DNA from: Octopus sinensis
Lineage: Eukaryota
Assembly (NCBI RefSeq): GCF_006345805.1
Contig: NC_043001.1
Span: 42,160,001-42,224,000, forward strand
Direction of reading: 5' to 3'
Length of the DNA stretch: 64,000 bases
This document shows, piece after piece, positions 1 to 13,531 of this stretch. The position numbers and the translations under genes were made by a program. The notes under the pieces were generated by a model. It searched no databases, was not told the origin of the DNA, and saw nothing but the letters and a program-made list of their open reading frames with translations. The first letter of the stretch is position 1, and each line of letters begins with the position of its first letter.

Positions 1-329
1 GGATCACTTCATTAAATTCAAGTTCAAATTTCGGTCGTCCTAATTAATTCATCGATGCATATTGAATACAAGTTCATCTTTTATGTCAGAACGATGTTAT
101 GCCATCATACTCATAATTGTACTATGCATTAAGCTAAAATTGGAAGTCAGCATCTTCCACAGATTGTCTTTTAAATGCTGAAGTAATAAATTACTACAAT
201 CGGTTCAGTTCATATAATCCTAGTCACATCAAAAGTCAAATGGATATATGTGACTTAACATTAAATTTGTCATATCTCCTTCCTTTCATAAACTCTCTTC
301 CTTTTCTTTGTCTTCTATATATTCAAATA

Positions 330-808
330 TATGTGTGCATACGTTGAAACACTCATATATAGATACACATAAACAAGAATACGCGTGGATATATATATTT
401 ATATACACACACACAAACACATGCACATGTTCGTACATATATGTGTATATTTGTATTTACATCTATATATGTATACATACATACATAATTATGTTTACAT
501 ATATTTACATTATTTAAATATTTGTGTGTATGCATGTATATATATTTATCTGTCACGTATATATGTATGTATTTGTATATTTATGTACATATGTATATCT
601 ATGTGTACGTGTATGTGTACATGTATGTATATGTGTGTGTATATGTACGTGTATGTACATGTGTATATGTGTATACGTGCAGGTGTATATGTGTACGTGT
701 ACATGTGTGCGTTTACACATGTGCATGTGTACATTTACATGTGTACGTGTATACATGTGTATGTGTACACATCACATGTCTATGTGTACATGTATATGTG
801 TAGGTATA
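330..808. repeat. (TA/TG/TATG)n low-complexity microsatellite tract
   Basis: Degenerate TATG/TGTA/TA iterations seen directly; source of the YIYI/CVCV ORFs. Confidence 0.95.
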
Positions 809-1198
809 GGAGTGGCTGTGTGGTACGTAGCTTGCTTACTAACCACAGGGTTCTGAGTTTGGCAACTTAGGCGAGTGTCTTCTATATCCTTGGGCCAACC
901 ACAGCCTTGTTAATGGATTTGGTAGATGGAAATTTAAAGAAGCCTGTCGTATATATGTATATATATATATGTGTGTGTGTATGTATATGTTTCTGTGTGT
1001 GTGTGTGTGTGTGTGTGTTTGTCCACGCAGCATGGCTTAACAACCAATGCTGGTGTGGTTATGTCACCATAACTTAGTGGTTCAGCAAAAGAGAGTGACA
1101 GAATACGTACTAAGCTTACAAAGAATAAATACTGGGGCTGATTTGCTCGACTAAAGGCAGTGCTCCAGCATAGCCACAAAAAGATAAATGAAACCAAA
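809..1198 (+). mobile_element. tRNA-derived SINE, octopus-type family 1 (diverged)
   Basis: 5' head GGAGTGGCTGTGTGGTACGTAGCTTGC (A-box-like), central (TA)/(TG) tract, 3' GTGCTCCAGCATAGCC; aligns by eye with 4828-5200. Confidence 0.8.
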
Positions 1199-1376
1199 CA
1201 ATGTATATGGGTATATGTGTACATGTATGTGTATATCTGTACATATGTACATGCATGTGTATATATGTACATACGTATATGTGTATATGTGTATATATAT
1301 CTATATGTATACATATATCTATATATATATATGTACTATATGTATGTATATATGTATATATATGAATGTATATATG

Positions 1377-1476
1377 NNNNNNNNNNNNNNNNNNNNNNNN
1401 NNNNNNNNNNNNNNNNNNNNNNNNNNNNNNNNNNNNNNNNNNNNNNNNNNNNNNNNNNNNNNNNNNNNNNNNNNNN
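1377..1476. other. Assembly gap (100 N)
   Basis: Run of N. Confidence 1.
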
Positions 1477-2900
1477 AATAGTCAGCAGGAAACTAATCAC
1501 CTTCCTTGAAGAAAAGACTTGCTGCCTGACACCCAACATGGTTTCCGACCAGGAAGAAGCTGCTTACTCAGCTCCTACAACACTATGACTGGGTGCTGAA
1601 ACAACTGCTCAACCACTCAAATGTGGAAGTCATATATCTCACCTTTGCAAAGGCCTTTGATAAAGTTGATCATGGAATGATATGTCACAAAACTGCGTGA
1701 TCTTGGCATAGTTGGAAAATTGGGAGAAGGCTTTCATGACTTTCTGAAGAATAGAAGTCAGGTGGTAACAGCCAATGGGGCCACTTCCATTACACACCAA
1801 TAGTGAGCGGTGTCCGCAGGGGGGCTGTTTTGGACCACTACTGTTCATAATGGCCCTCTCAGACATGCCCTCAGCCACGCAGAGAGCCACGATCACAAGT
1901 TTATGCAGATGATGCAAAAGTCTCACAGGCAATACAGAACCCTGAAGACACTAAGCACCTGCAATGTGAGCTGGACGAAATATACAGTGGGCTGAAAGAA
2001 TAGCATGCAGTTCAATGCTGAAAAGTTTCAAGCTTTATACTATCAGCATGCAAAACTAATGCAATACCCAATGAATACACTGGACCCGGAGGGATTGCAA
2101 TCCAGAGGCACAATCAGTGCGTGACTTGGGTATTCACATGAGTGATGACGCGACCTTTCATGTACATGTTGCTAACTGGCAATGAAATGTAGACGGCTGG
2201 CTGGCTGGCTGGATTATTAGAACCTTTAGAACAAGAGAACAAGAAACCATGATGGTCCTCTGGAAGACACTTGTCCTAAGCCATTTTGACTATTGCTCTC
2301 AGCTATGGTCCCCATCCAGTGTCAAGTTGATCACAGAACTTGAGGCGATCCAACGAAGCTACACGAAGAAGATAGCCTCTTGCAACTAATGAGCTACTGG
2401 GAAAGACTCAAGAGATTAAAGCTCCATTCCCTGGAGCGTAGGCGAGAAGATATGCCATAATATATATCTGAAGATCCTGGAAGGACTTGTCCCAAACTTT
2501 GGCATCGAGAGTCACACAAATGCCAGAACCGGGCGCCACTGTGTAGTACCAAGGACTCCAAATTTGCCATCAAGATGTAGGACAAGATATTGGATAGCCT
2601 GGGCTTCAGAGGCCCACAGCTCTTCAATATCCTCCCAAAGAACCTGAGGGACCTGCATGGTGTAGATGCGGATGTCTTTAAAGTAGGACTGGACCTCTTC
2701 CTGTCAGGTGTCCCGGATGAACCAACTCCACTTCACGGCAAGAGGTGCGATGAGGGCAGCTGCATTGAACTCTCTCATGCATCGATGGCGTGTGCTAAAA
2801 AGCATCCGTGAGGTAAACGTGTAGCAAACCATGGTTGTGCCCACAGCATGGCCACAGCTCATTAGCTGAAACTGGAAAAATCAAATCAAATCAAATCAAA
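1477..2900 (+). mobile_element. CR1/L2-group LINE family A, RT C-terminal part plus 3' end, frameshifted
   Basis: Across frames: YLTFAKAFDKVDHG, GVxQG-type motif, ADDAKV, C-terminal SLERRRE and GFRGPQLFNILPK; (AAATC)n tail at ~2878-2900. Confidence 0.85.
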
Positions 2901-2902
2901 TC

Positions 2903-2935
<33 letters not shown>

Positions 2936-3942
2936 TATAGATTATGTTATATATATATATATATGTATTATATATAATATATATATGTATGTATTATATA
3001 TTATATATAGATGTATGTATATATATATATATATGTATGTAGATATATATATATATGTATGTATATATATATGTATGTATATATATATATATATGTAGGT
3101 ATACTATATATGTATGTGATATATATAATATGTATGTATATATATATGTATGTATATATATATGTATGTATAGATATGTATGTATATATATATGTAGGGT
3201 ATATTATAATGTATGTATATATATATATATGTATGTATAATATATATGTATGTATATATATATATATATGTATGTAATATATTATATATATGTATGTATA
3301 TATATATATATATATATATGTATGGTATATATATATATATATATGTATGTATATATATATATATATATATGTATGTATATATATATATATATATATATGT
3401 ATTATTATATATATATATATATATGTAGTTAATATATATATATATATGTATTATAATATATATCTATGTATGTTCTATAAATTTATATATGTATATATAT
3501 ATATATTAGATGTATGTATATATATATATATATATATGTATGTATATAATATATATATATATATGTATGTATATATATAATATATATATAGTATGTATAT
3601 TATATATATATATAATATATGTATGTTATATATCTATATATATATAATGTAGTATATATATATATAATGTATGTATATATATATATATATGTATGTATCA
3701 TATCTATATATGTATGTATATATATATATATTGTATGTATATATATATATATGTATGTATATATATATATGTATGTATAATATATATATGTATTATATAT
3801 ATAATATATGTATGTAATATATATATATGTAATGTATAATATATGTATATATATGTCTATATATAGTATGTATATTATGTATATATATGATGTATGTATA
3901 TGTATGTATATGTATGTTGTATATGTATGTATGTATTGTATG

Positions 3943-4007
<65 letters not shown>

Positions 4008-4008
4008 G

Positions 4009-4045
<37 letters not shown>

Positions 4046-4112
4046 GTAGGTATATATATGTATGTTATATATATATATGTATGTATATATTATGTATGTA
4101 TATATATATATG

Positions 4113-4144
<32 letters not shown>

Positions 4145-5409
4145 TGTATGTATGTATATATGTATATATATGTATATATATGTAATATAGTATGTATATG
4201 TTTATATGTATATATGTTGTAATGTATGTATATATATATGTATGTATGTATATATATATGTATGTATGTATATATGTAATATATATGTATGTATATTATA
4301 TATATGTATATATATGTATGTATATATATATGTATATATATGTTATGTATATATATATGTATATATATGTATTATATATATATGTATATATATGTAATGT
4401 ATATATATATGTATATAGATATGTATGTATATATATGTAATATATATGTATGTATATATATGTGTATGTATATATATGTATATATATGTATGTATATATA
4501 TGTATATATATGTATTATATGTATGTTATAATGTATGTCTATATATGTATGTATTATATATGTTATATATAGTATGTATATATATATGTATATATATGTA
4601 TGTATATATATATGTATATATATGTATGTATATATATATGTATATATATGTATGTATATATATATGTATATATATGTATGTATATATATATGTATATATA
4701 TGTATGTATATATATATGTATATATATGTATGTATATATATATGTATATATATGTATGTATATGTATGTATATATATATGTATATATGTATATATATATG
4801 TATATATATGTATGTATATTATATGTAGGAGTGGCTGTGTGGTAAGTAGCTTGCTAACCAACCACACGGTTGCGGGTTCAGTCCTCACTGCGTGGCATCT
4901 TGGGCAGTGTCTTCTGCTATAGCCCGGGCCGACCAATGCCCTTGTGAGTGGGATTGGTAGACGGAAACTGAAAGAAGCCTTCGTATATATGTATATATAT
5001 GTATATGTGTGTGTGTTTGTGTGTCTGTGTTTGTCCCCCTAGCATTGCTTGACAACCGATGCTGGTGTTTAGGTCCCCGTCACTTAGCGGTATCGGCAAA
5101 AAGAGACCGATAGAATAAGTACTAAAAGGTGGTGCTCCAGCATGGCCGCAGTCAAATGACTGAAACAAGTAATAAAAAAAAAAAAAAAAAAAAAAAAAAA
5201 GTAGTATATATTATTATTATATATATGTATATATATATGTATATATATATTATATATATGTATATATATATGTAATATATGTATATATATATGTATATTA
5301 TTGTATATCTGTATGTATATATAGATGTATGTATAGATAATATGTCTATATATATATAGATATAATATGATGTAATGTAATATATATAATGTTATATATA
5401 TATATATTG

Positions 5410-5444
<35 letters not shown>

Positions 5445-5935
5445 ATATATGTATGTATGTATAATATAATGTATATATATAATATATATTATATGTATGT
5501 ATGTATATATTATGTATAATATATATATATATGTATGTCTGTTAATATAATGGTATAATATATTATTATTATATGTATGTATGTATATATGTATGTATGT
5601 ATATATATATGTAGATATATATTATATATGTGATATGTATATATGTATGTATGTATATATATATGTTATATATATATATATGTATGTATGTATAGGTTTC
5701 GGGGGTTATGGGTATGTAGTATATATGTATGTATGTAATATATATTATGTATATATATATGTATGTATGTATATATGTATGTATGTATGTATATATGTTG
5801 TATGTATATATTTATGTATGTATGTATATATGTATGTATGTAGTATGTATGTATATTATATGTACATATGTATATTTATGTATGTATATATGATGTATGT
5901 ATGTATATATATTATGTATCTATGTATAATAATAT
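2901..5935. repeat. ~3-kb (TA)n/(TATG)n tract interrupted by a SINE
   Basis: Almost purely T/A/G simple repeat. Confidence 0.95.
4828..5200 (+). mobile_element. tRNA-derived SINE, family 1 (near full length)
   Basis: A-box TGGCTGTGTGG, B-box-like GGTTCAGTCC, body GGTAGACGGAAACTGAAAGAAGCC, 3' GTGCTCCAGCATGGCCGCAGTCAAATGACTGAAAC plus poly(A). Confidence 0.88.
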
Positions 5936-6040
5936 AAGGGTAAATACTTATTAATTTGAAATCAACAATTATCTCCAGGTAGATTTCGGTATGGAAATAT
6001 AACCATTATTGATAGGAACCTTTTCAAAAAGTTATATATA

Positions 6041-6080
<40 letters not shown>

Positions 6081-6253
6081 ATATATATATATATAGTCCT
6101 GGCAGTCATTTTTAGATACTATTACAAACATATGTGCAAAACACACCCCTTAAGATCTGCAAACAAATCGAAGTGCAGAATCCCCAGAAATAGAAAATAT
6201 CTGATGAGGAAAATTAAAAAAAATTTTTTTAAATCAACAAGCTTAGATTCTTA

Positions 6254-6950
6254 GAACCTTCAGAACAAGAGACCAGGAAACCATGACGGTCCTCTGGAGG
6301 ACACTTGTCCTAAGCCACTTTGACTATTGCTCACAGCTATGGTCACCATCCAGTGTCAAGTTAATCACAGAACTTGAGGCGATCCAATGAAGCTACACGA
6401 AGAAGATAGCCTCTGTGCAGCATATAAGCTATTGGGAAAGACTCAAAACATTGAGACTCTATTCCTTATAGCGTTGGCGAGAATGATATGCCATAATATA
6501 CATCTGGAAGATCCTGGAAGGACTTGTCCCAAACTTTGGCATCGAGAGTTACACAAATGCCAGAACTGGGCGCCACTGCATAGTGCCATGATTCCAAATT
6601 TGCCATGAAGATGTAAGACAAGATACTGTGATAGCCTGGGCTTCCGAGGCCCACAGCTCTTCAATATCCTCCCGAAGAACCTAAGAGACCTGCATGGGGT
6701 GGATGCGGATGTCTTTAAAATGAAACTGGATCTCTTGTCGGGTATCCCAGATGAACCAACTTCACGGCAGGAGGTGCAGATGAGGGCAGCTGCAATGAAC
6801 TCTCTCATGCACCAAATGGCAATTGCTAAAAAGCATTCGTGAAGTAAAATCATGTAGCAACACCAAATGGCGGTGCCCCATCATGGCCACAGCTTGTGAG
6901 CTGAAACTAGATAAATAAAAAAAAATAATAAATAAATAAAAAAAAAAAGC
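6254..6950 (+). mobile_element. CR1/L2-group LINE family A, 5'-truncated 3' fragment
   Basis: Close match to 2220-2875 (VLWRTLVLSHFDYCSQLWSPSSVKL; GFRGPQLFNILPK); A-rich tail. Confidence 0.85.
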
Positions 6951-6954
6951 TGAA

Positions 6955-8925
6955 ATACTGTCAACAGCAACACACCAACCTGACTGCCATCACATCACTA
7001 GAGATTAAAAAACATAACCTCCAAAACAACATGATGTTTATCATCAATAGTCCGAGAAGAGCTGAAGAGGCCTGGGCTATTGAGAAGATCAAACCTAATC
7101 CCAAAGTGTTCTTTTCATTTGCAAAAAAACACAAAGTTACTGGCTCTACTGTTAGCCCTCTGATTGATGAAAATGGTACTCTTCAAGACAATGCCAAAAC
7201 CATGGGAGAGATGTTGCAGAAACAATACTGCTTTGTTTTCAGCAATCCTGATATGGCTGATCTGGGCTGTATCACTGATGTTACTCCCCAATACACTTTA
7301 TCGGACATAACCTTTGGCGCTCCTGATGTCTTAGCAGCAATAAAGGAACTGAAGCATAATTCAGCAGTAGGTCCCAATAGGTTCCCTGCTTGTGTCTTGA
7401 AGATGTGTTAACACCAACTTGCACCCCCTCTAGCCAATCTGTGGCGGAACTCACTGGATGCTATCCCAGTTTTCAAAAAAGGAAACAAATCCCTTGCCGT
7501 GAATTACCGTCCAATCTTACTCACCTCTCATATCATTAAGGTATTTGAGAGAGTGGTGAGATCGCGTATGACTCACTTCCTTGAGAGTCATAATATGCTG
7601 AACTCCAACCAGCATGGATTCTGTAATGGAAGGGATTGCCTGATGCAGCTACTGCATCACTTCGATGACATTTTGAGAGTCTTGGGAGAGGGTTCCAACA
7701 CTGATGTTATCTACCTTGATTTCAGCAAGGCCTTTGACAGGGTTGATCATAAGATCCTTTTGAGAAAGCTGTCCAATATTGGTGTCACTGGAAAGTTGCT
7801 GCAGTGGATCAAGTGCTTCCTGTCTAACAGAACCCAACATGTTGTAGTCGAAGGAGTCAAATCCAGCCCAGCCAAAGTCAGTAGTGGTGTCCCACAAGGC
7901 ACTGTGTTGGGCCCACTTCTCTTCATCATCTACATTAATAACATCACTGACATCATCAAACACAGTAACATCAGAATCTTCGCTGATGATTCCAAGCTCC
8001 AGAAGGTCATCAATGGCATGGATGACCGGATAAACCTTCAGTCAGACCTACTGGCTGTTGTCCAATGGGCGGAAAAGAACAACATGTTGCTAAACGAAGA
8101 CAAATTTGAATTAATCCACTTTGGAAGGGAGGACGCTCTGAAACTCCCATACTCCCTTCCTTCTGGTGAAACTCTCATGGCGTCTAACAACATCAGAGAC
8201 TTGAGAGTAACTGTGGACAACAACATAAGCTGGGCTACACATATAAGCAGCAAAGTTGACATGGCCCACAGAATGTGTTCCTGGACTCTCAGAACCTTCC
8301 AGTCGAAAGATTCCCACACCATTATCCTTCTCTTCTCCACTTTTGCCCGACCTCACCTTGAATACTGCTGTCCACTGTGGTCTCCCTACACGAAACGGAA
8401 TATTATGAAAGTTGAAGCTCCCCAAAGGTCAATCATGAAAAAGATAGATGGCATGTCAGACCTCGACTACTGGGGTCGACTGGAAAAGCTGAAACTGTAT
8501 TCACTCCAACGACGCTGTGAACGCTACATTATCTGTATGATGTGGAAAATATTCCATCAGCACTGTCCAAATGATGTTGGTATCACCTTCAAAATACATC
8601 CAAGACTTGGACCCCGTGCCATCCGTCCACAACAAAAATCTAAATCGCATCTCATAACAACAATACGGCACAATTATTTCACCCGCTCTCTTCAACATTA
8701 CACCAGGACACGTCAAAACAGAATCTGACCACACAAAATTCAAGAAGTCTTTGGACAAATTCCTTCAAACAGTCCCGGACAAACCACCCACACCCGGATA
8801 TGTCTCCACAAACAATAACTCTCTGCTCGAATGGGCCTTGGTGCCCAAATCCTGAATTGAAAGACTTCGCCAGGTGGTGCTATTAAGTTAGACATGGCCT
8901 GGGCCAATACTGGCCAAAACCTTTC
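6955..8925 (+). mobile_element. CR1/L2-group LINE family B, degenerate ORF2 (RT)
   Basis: ORF 7499-8728: NYRPILL, YLDFSKAFDRVDH, GVPQGTVLGPLLF, IFADDSKL, RPHLEYCCPLWSPY. The upstream ORF 7031-7411 is the pre-RT linker. Confidence 0.92.
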
Positions 8926-8929
8926 TAAG

Positions 8930-8974
<45 letters not shown>

Positions 8975-10545
8975 ACAAAAAGGGCAAGCAGCAGGTATGT
9001 GAAACTACCTCTGATACATGACACTTGCTCAACAAGGGAGTTCGATGCCGCTGCCCGCATCTGTGTTTCCTGCCGAGAGGTAGGGTCATCTGGAACTTCT
9101 GACAAGAAGAGATCCAGTTTATTTTTAAAGAAACCCACATCCACACAATGTAGGTCCCTCAGGCATTTAGGAACGATATTGAAGAGCTGTGTTCCCCTGA
9201 AACCCATGATGTTGCAGTATCTGGTCCTGTATTTTGATGGTGATGTTGGGATGTGTGACACCATGCAGTGGCACCCCATTCTGCTGTTGGTGTAACTTTC
9301 AATGCAAAAATTCGGGACAAGACCCTCCAGGATTTTCCAGATGTATATCACTGCATATCTCTCCCACCTTCGCTCCAGGGAGAAGAGTTTTAATACTATC
9401 AGTCTTTGCCAGTAGCTGATATGTTGCCTAGAGATGATCTCAGCGTAGCTTTGTTGGATTGGTTTGTGTTCTGTTGTTAACTTTATACTGTGTAGTGACC
9501 ATAGTTGGGAGCAGTAGTCCAAGTGGCTGAGGATGAATGTCTTCCAAAGGACCAGTAGTGTCTCCTTCTCTCTTGTTCTGAAAGTTCGGAGGATCCATTC
9601 AGCTAGCCGTCTGCATTTTATTACCAAATTGGCAATATGCACTTGGAAAGATGCATTATTGCTCATGTCATTGCCCAGGTCACGCACTGATTTTGACTCA
9701 GGAATTGCAATTCTTCCTGGCCAGTGTATCCAGTGTGCATGTTGTTCAGCTGTGTGTGCCGGTAGCACAGGGCTTGGAACTTCCCTGCATTAAACTGCAT
9801 GTTGTTGTCCTCAGCCCACCTGTATATTGTATCCAACTCCCGTTGCAGATGTGCAATATTTCCAGGGTTTTGTATTGTCTGAGAGACTTTTGTGTAATCT
9901 GCATAGCTAACAAGGGTGGCCATCTTCGCAACTGAGGGCATGTCTGAAAGGGCCACTATGAACCGCAGTGGCTCCAAGACAGTGCCCTGTGAGGCACCAC
10001 TTGTTATTTGTGTTTCTTTGGAGGTGGCTCCATTGGCCATCACTGCCTGCCTTTTATCTTTTAGGAAGTTGTGCAGCCACTCTCCAAGTTTTCTGCCTAT
10101 GCCGAGATCACACATTTTGTGACAGATCATACCATGGTCGACTTTATCAAAGGCTTTTGCAAAGTTGAGATATATCACATCCACACTTGAGCCATTTAGT
10201 AGCTGTTTTAACACCCAGTCATAGTGTTGCAAGAGCTGTGTTAGACAGCTTCTACCTGGTTGAAATTCATGCTGGGTGTCAGTCAGCAAGTCATTTTGTT
10301 CAAGGAACATGATTAGTTTCTTGCGGACTATTCGTTCCATGACTTTGCTAATATGTGAGGTCAGAGTGATAGGCCTATAATTTTTAGCATCTGCTCTGCT
10401 TCCTTCCTTATGAATAGGGCATATTATCCCTTCTTTCAATTTGACTGGGAGCTTACCACTTGCAAGAAAGCTCTGAAAAAGAAGCTGTAGTGGTTTTGCA
10501 AGGGCTCGCTTGCAAAACAGTAGGATATCATTCATTGGAAATCTA
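8975..10545 (-). mobile_element. CR1/L2-group LINE family A, RT region, frameshifted
   Basis: ORFs 9663-10535 (NYRPITLTSH, YLNFAKAFDKVDHG, ASQGTVLEP, YADYTKV) and 8740-9768 (SHLDYCSQLWS, SLERRWERY). Confidence 0.9.
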
Positions 10546-12659
10546 AAATTTAGAATTAACTATGATAAAATATAAATATACTCAAATCACCATATAGTTA
10601 AATTAATTTATATAACTACAATTTACTGTATATTTTCTAATACTCTTATACATATTTATTTGTTTCATACATATAAATATAGTTACGTTGGAGCCCAACC
10701 TTTATTCAAAAAAATCAACTTTTAGACCCATTCTATATCAAACAGTACTAATTCAATCAGTATCAATTTTATAACCAATAATTTAATATAATTAAGTTAA
10801 TCTAAAACTATAATGTAATTAATATTCATTAATAAATTATATTAATTAATTAAATAAACATCTAAAATAAATCTAATTTGAAATATATAATACAAAGTCA
10901 TGTTGACTAATATATAAAACATCACAAACTATAAACTACACTGTCACTTATAATAAATATATATTATATATCAAATTAATATCCAAAAGAAATCCTAACT
11001 AATAAATTAAACTTATTAATTAAGTAAATTAATTTATATTTAGATCAAATACTTCACTCATTAAGGGAATAAATAAAGCATGTGTTATTATTATAAATAG
11101 TACATAAAAATAAAATTTTTGCTACATATTCAAAATCATTTAACATTACTAAAACTATTTATCAAAAAAATAATACTTAATACTTTTAATTTTAGTACAC
11201 ATATAATAAGTATAATAATAACAATAACAATATCAACAATAACAACAAAATAATGAAATTACTATCTTTTAATCTATATTCATTAAATAAATTATATATT
11301 TAGTAATTAAATAAACATCAAAATATCTAACTCTAAGTATGTAAAAAAAACCTTTACTAACTGTTTTTGACTTATATTCAAAACACCCTACAAAACTACA
11401 ACTGCAACACTACTTTAATTAATTTATTTATTTATTTGTTTATTCATTTAATAATAAATATTTAATTTAGACTTATCTAATTATGTAATATATAATATAT
11501 AATCACATGCTAATTTATAGAATTAATACTAGTACAAATTATAACTACAAATTAGTAACAAAAATAGGGTTTAAATATACTCACTATTTATCTAAAAATT
11601 TATTATATAGGCAAAGTAATTTGTGTCTACATTTAATTTTATGCTCATCCAATGATTATTAAATATTATTTCTTTAAATTCACTAGAACAAAATAAACAG
11701 GAATTACTACCTATACTATATGATTTCGCCTTACAAACTATCTCCCACTTTAAATTATACTTAATTCATTGAGATTTAAGTTCCCATATATATTTACTAA
11801 GCCCAGTAGAATTCATTAGATTTCTATTCTTAAAGAAATGCATATGCTGAGCCACTCTTAATTTAATTTTAGAAGTAGACCCTATATAGATTGCATTTAA
11901 GTTATTATTATTCCTATTATTCTCATCAATTGAAGTAATGATACATTTATAAACAACATCATGTAAATTACATTTATTATTAAATTTTCAATTATTTTTA
12001 TCCCTACATGTACAATCAAGGAGAACGTTATCTTTATTATCATTGGAATCATAAAATTTCTTTTTGTAAAAATTATTCAACTTAAATTTATTAAAAGAAG
12101 AAATGGTACCTACATTATTAGTGGTAGAATAACCAACTCCAAAATTATTACTAGAGAAAATTTTTTTATATTTTCGATTATCACAAATGAATTGTTCACT
12201 AATATTTAAAATGTCTTTAATAATATTAGTTTTAAATTCAGCCCCATAAGGAACAATTAACCAAATTTTATTCCTATTATTTATATTTTTATTATTATTA
12301 TTATAATTAACACTATTATTAATAATAATAATATTATTATTCTTACTATTATTACTATTATATTTCTTTTTAATATTATTAAAATTATTATTATCATTCA
12401 TTGAATTAAATTAAAATTAGTTTTATTTGTATTTTTATTTGTATTTTTATTTATATTTATATTTTCATTTTTATTCATATTGATATATTTGTTTTTTCTT
12501 CTATTATTATTTGTATGATTTGTATTATCGTAATATCTATTTTTAAGAGCATAATTATCTAAATAAATAATATGATGATTTTTGATTTTATTATTATAAA
12601 AATCATTAAAATTATAATCCTTTATATTATAATTGTTAAAATCATTATTATTATTATTA
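10546..12659 (-). mobile_element. Penelope-like element copy 1, 3' half: Asn-rich linker, Cys motif, GIY-YIG endonuclease, AT-rich 3' region
   Basis: Minus-strand translation: KIWLIVPYGAEFKTN...DCTCRDKNN*KFNNKCNLHDVVYKC...IYIGSTSKIKLRVAQH...LSKYIWELK...WEIVCKAKSY...CLFC...KCRHK. Homologous to 60050-60960. The 10546 boundary is approximate. Confidence 0.85.
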
Positions 12660-13531
12660 TCTCTTATTATAAAAGGCAGATTTTATCTGCCTCCCTTTGT
12701 AACTTATAGAAATCTACAATATAGGATTTCTTCAATTACAATTTACCTAGCATTTTTAAGAGTAGAATGCATCGGGTCATGCCAGGTCCAGTTTTTAAAA
12801 TTTAAACTCCAATTAAGCAAAATTTACAGAAAACTCACATTCTGGTGTGTATGTCAAATGCTTTTCTGAGTCTGGTTTACAGCACACGCAAACGCACACA
12901 CAGAGTGTGCAACGAATAAAGTGAAACTAGATGTAATATTTAAAAAGAAAGCAGCAAACAGAAACAAATAAATACATAATGATTTACTCCTCACACAATT
13001 TCTTCAATTAGACTTTACCTATGATTTTTCAAAGAACTTCCATTGGTTCATGCCATACAAAATTTCTTTCAATTTCACTCCCAATTAAGACAAAATTCGA
13101 GAAAACTCAATATTTTAACATTTCACTTTGAAGCCTTTACTCTGCCTATTACTCCCACTTCCTCTTTAGACACATAGACACGCTAATATATACGACAGTG
13201 TCAATTGTTGACAGACATTGTAAGCTAACGTGTGTGTGTGTGTGTGTGCGTGTGTGTCTGTGTGTGTGTGTGCGTGTGTGTGAGGGTGCGTGTGTGTGTG
13301 TGTGTGACAGGGACGACCCATTCAGACTGGTCATCCTTTTTGCTAGAAGATCACCTATGCTACACCACTGGTTTTCAGTTCATATTAATCAAATTAATAT
13401 TCACAAGAAGAAGGACCATTCATTATAATACATCAGTTCCATCGGACAACTGCACAAACATTTGCCATTTTACACATGTATGTAAACAAATTCCTTTCTT
13501 TTAGAATTTCAATTCATTTACTTTTTCAATT

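Noticed and set aside
809-5200. tRNA-like A/B boxes as tRNA genes
   Set aside because: They are SINE heads; no cloverleaf or anticodon arm is supported.
308-5937. Many 60-165 aa ORFs rich in Y/I/M/C/V/H/T (also at 18.4, 20.1-20.6, 22.3, 40 and 54-55 kb)
   Set aside because: Translations of TA/TG/CA microsatellites, which lack stops in some frames.
6205-6245. CTGATGAG motif suggesting a hammerhead
   Set aside because: No matching GAAA core or stems I and III.
10680-10715. TACGTTGGAGCCCAAC hairpin resembling an antisense minimal hammerhead in the Penelope 3' region
   Set aside because: Both core segments are too degenerate to support.
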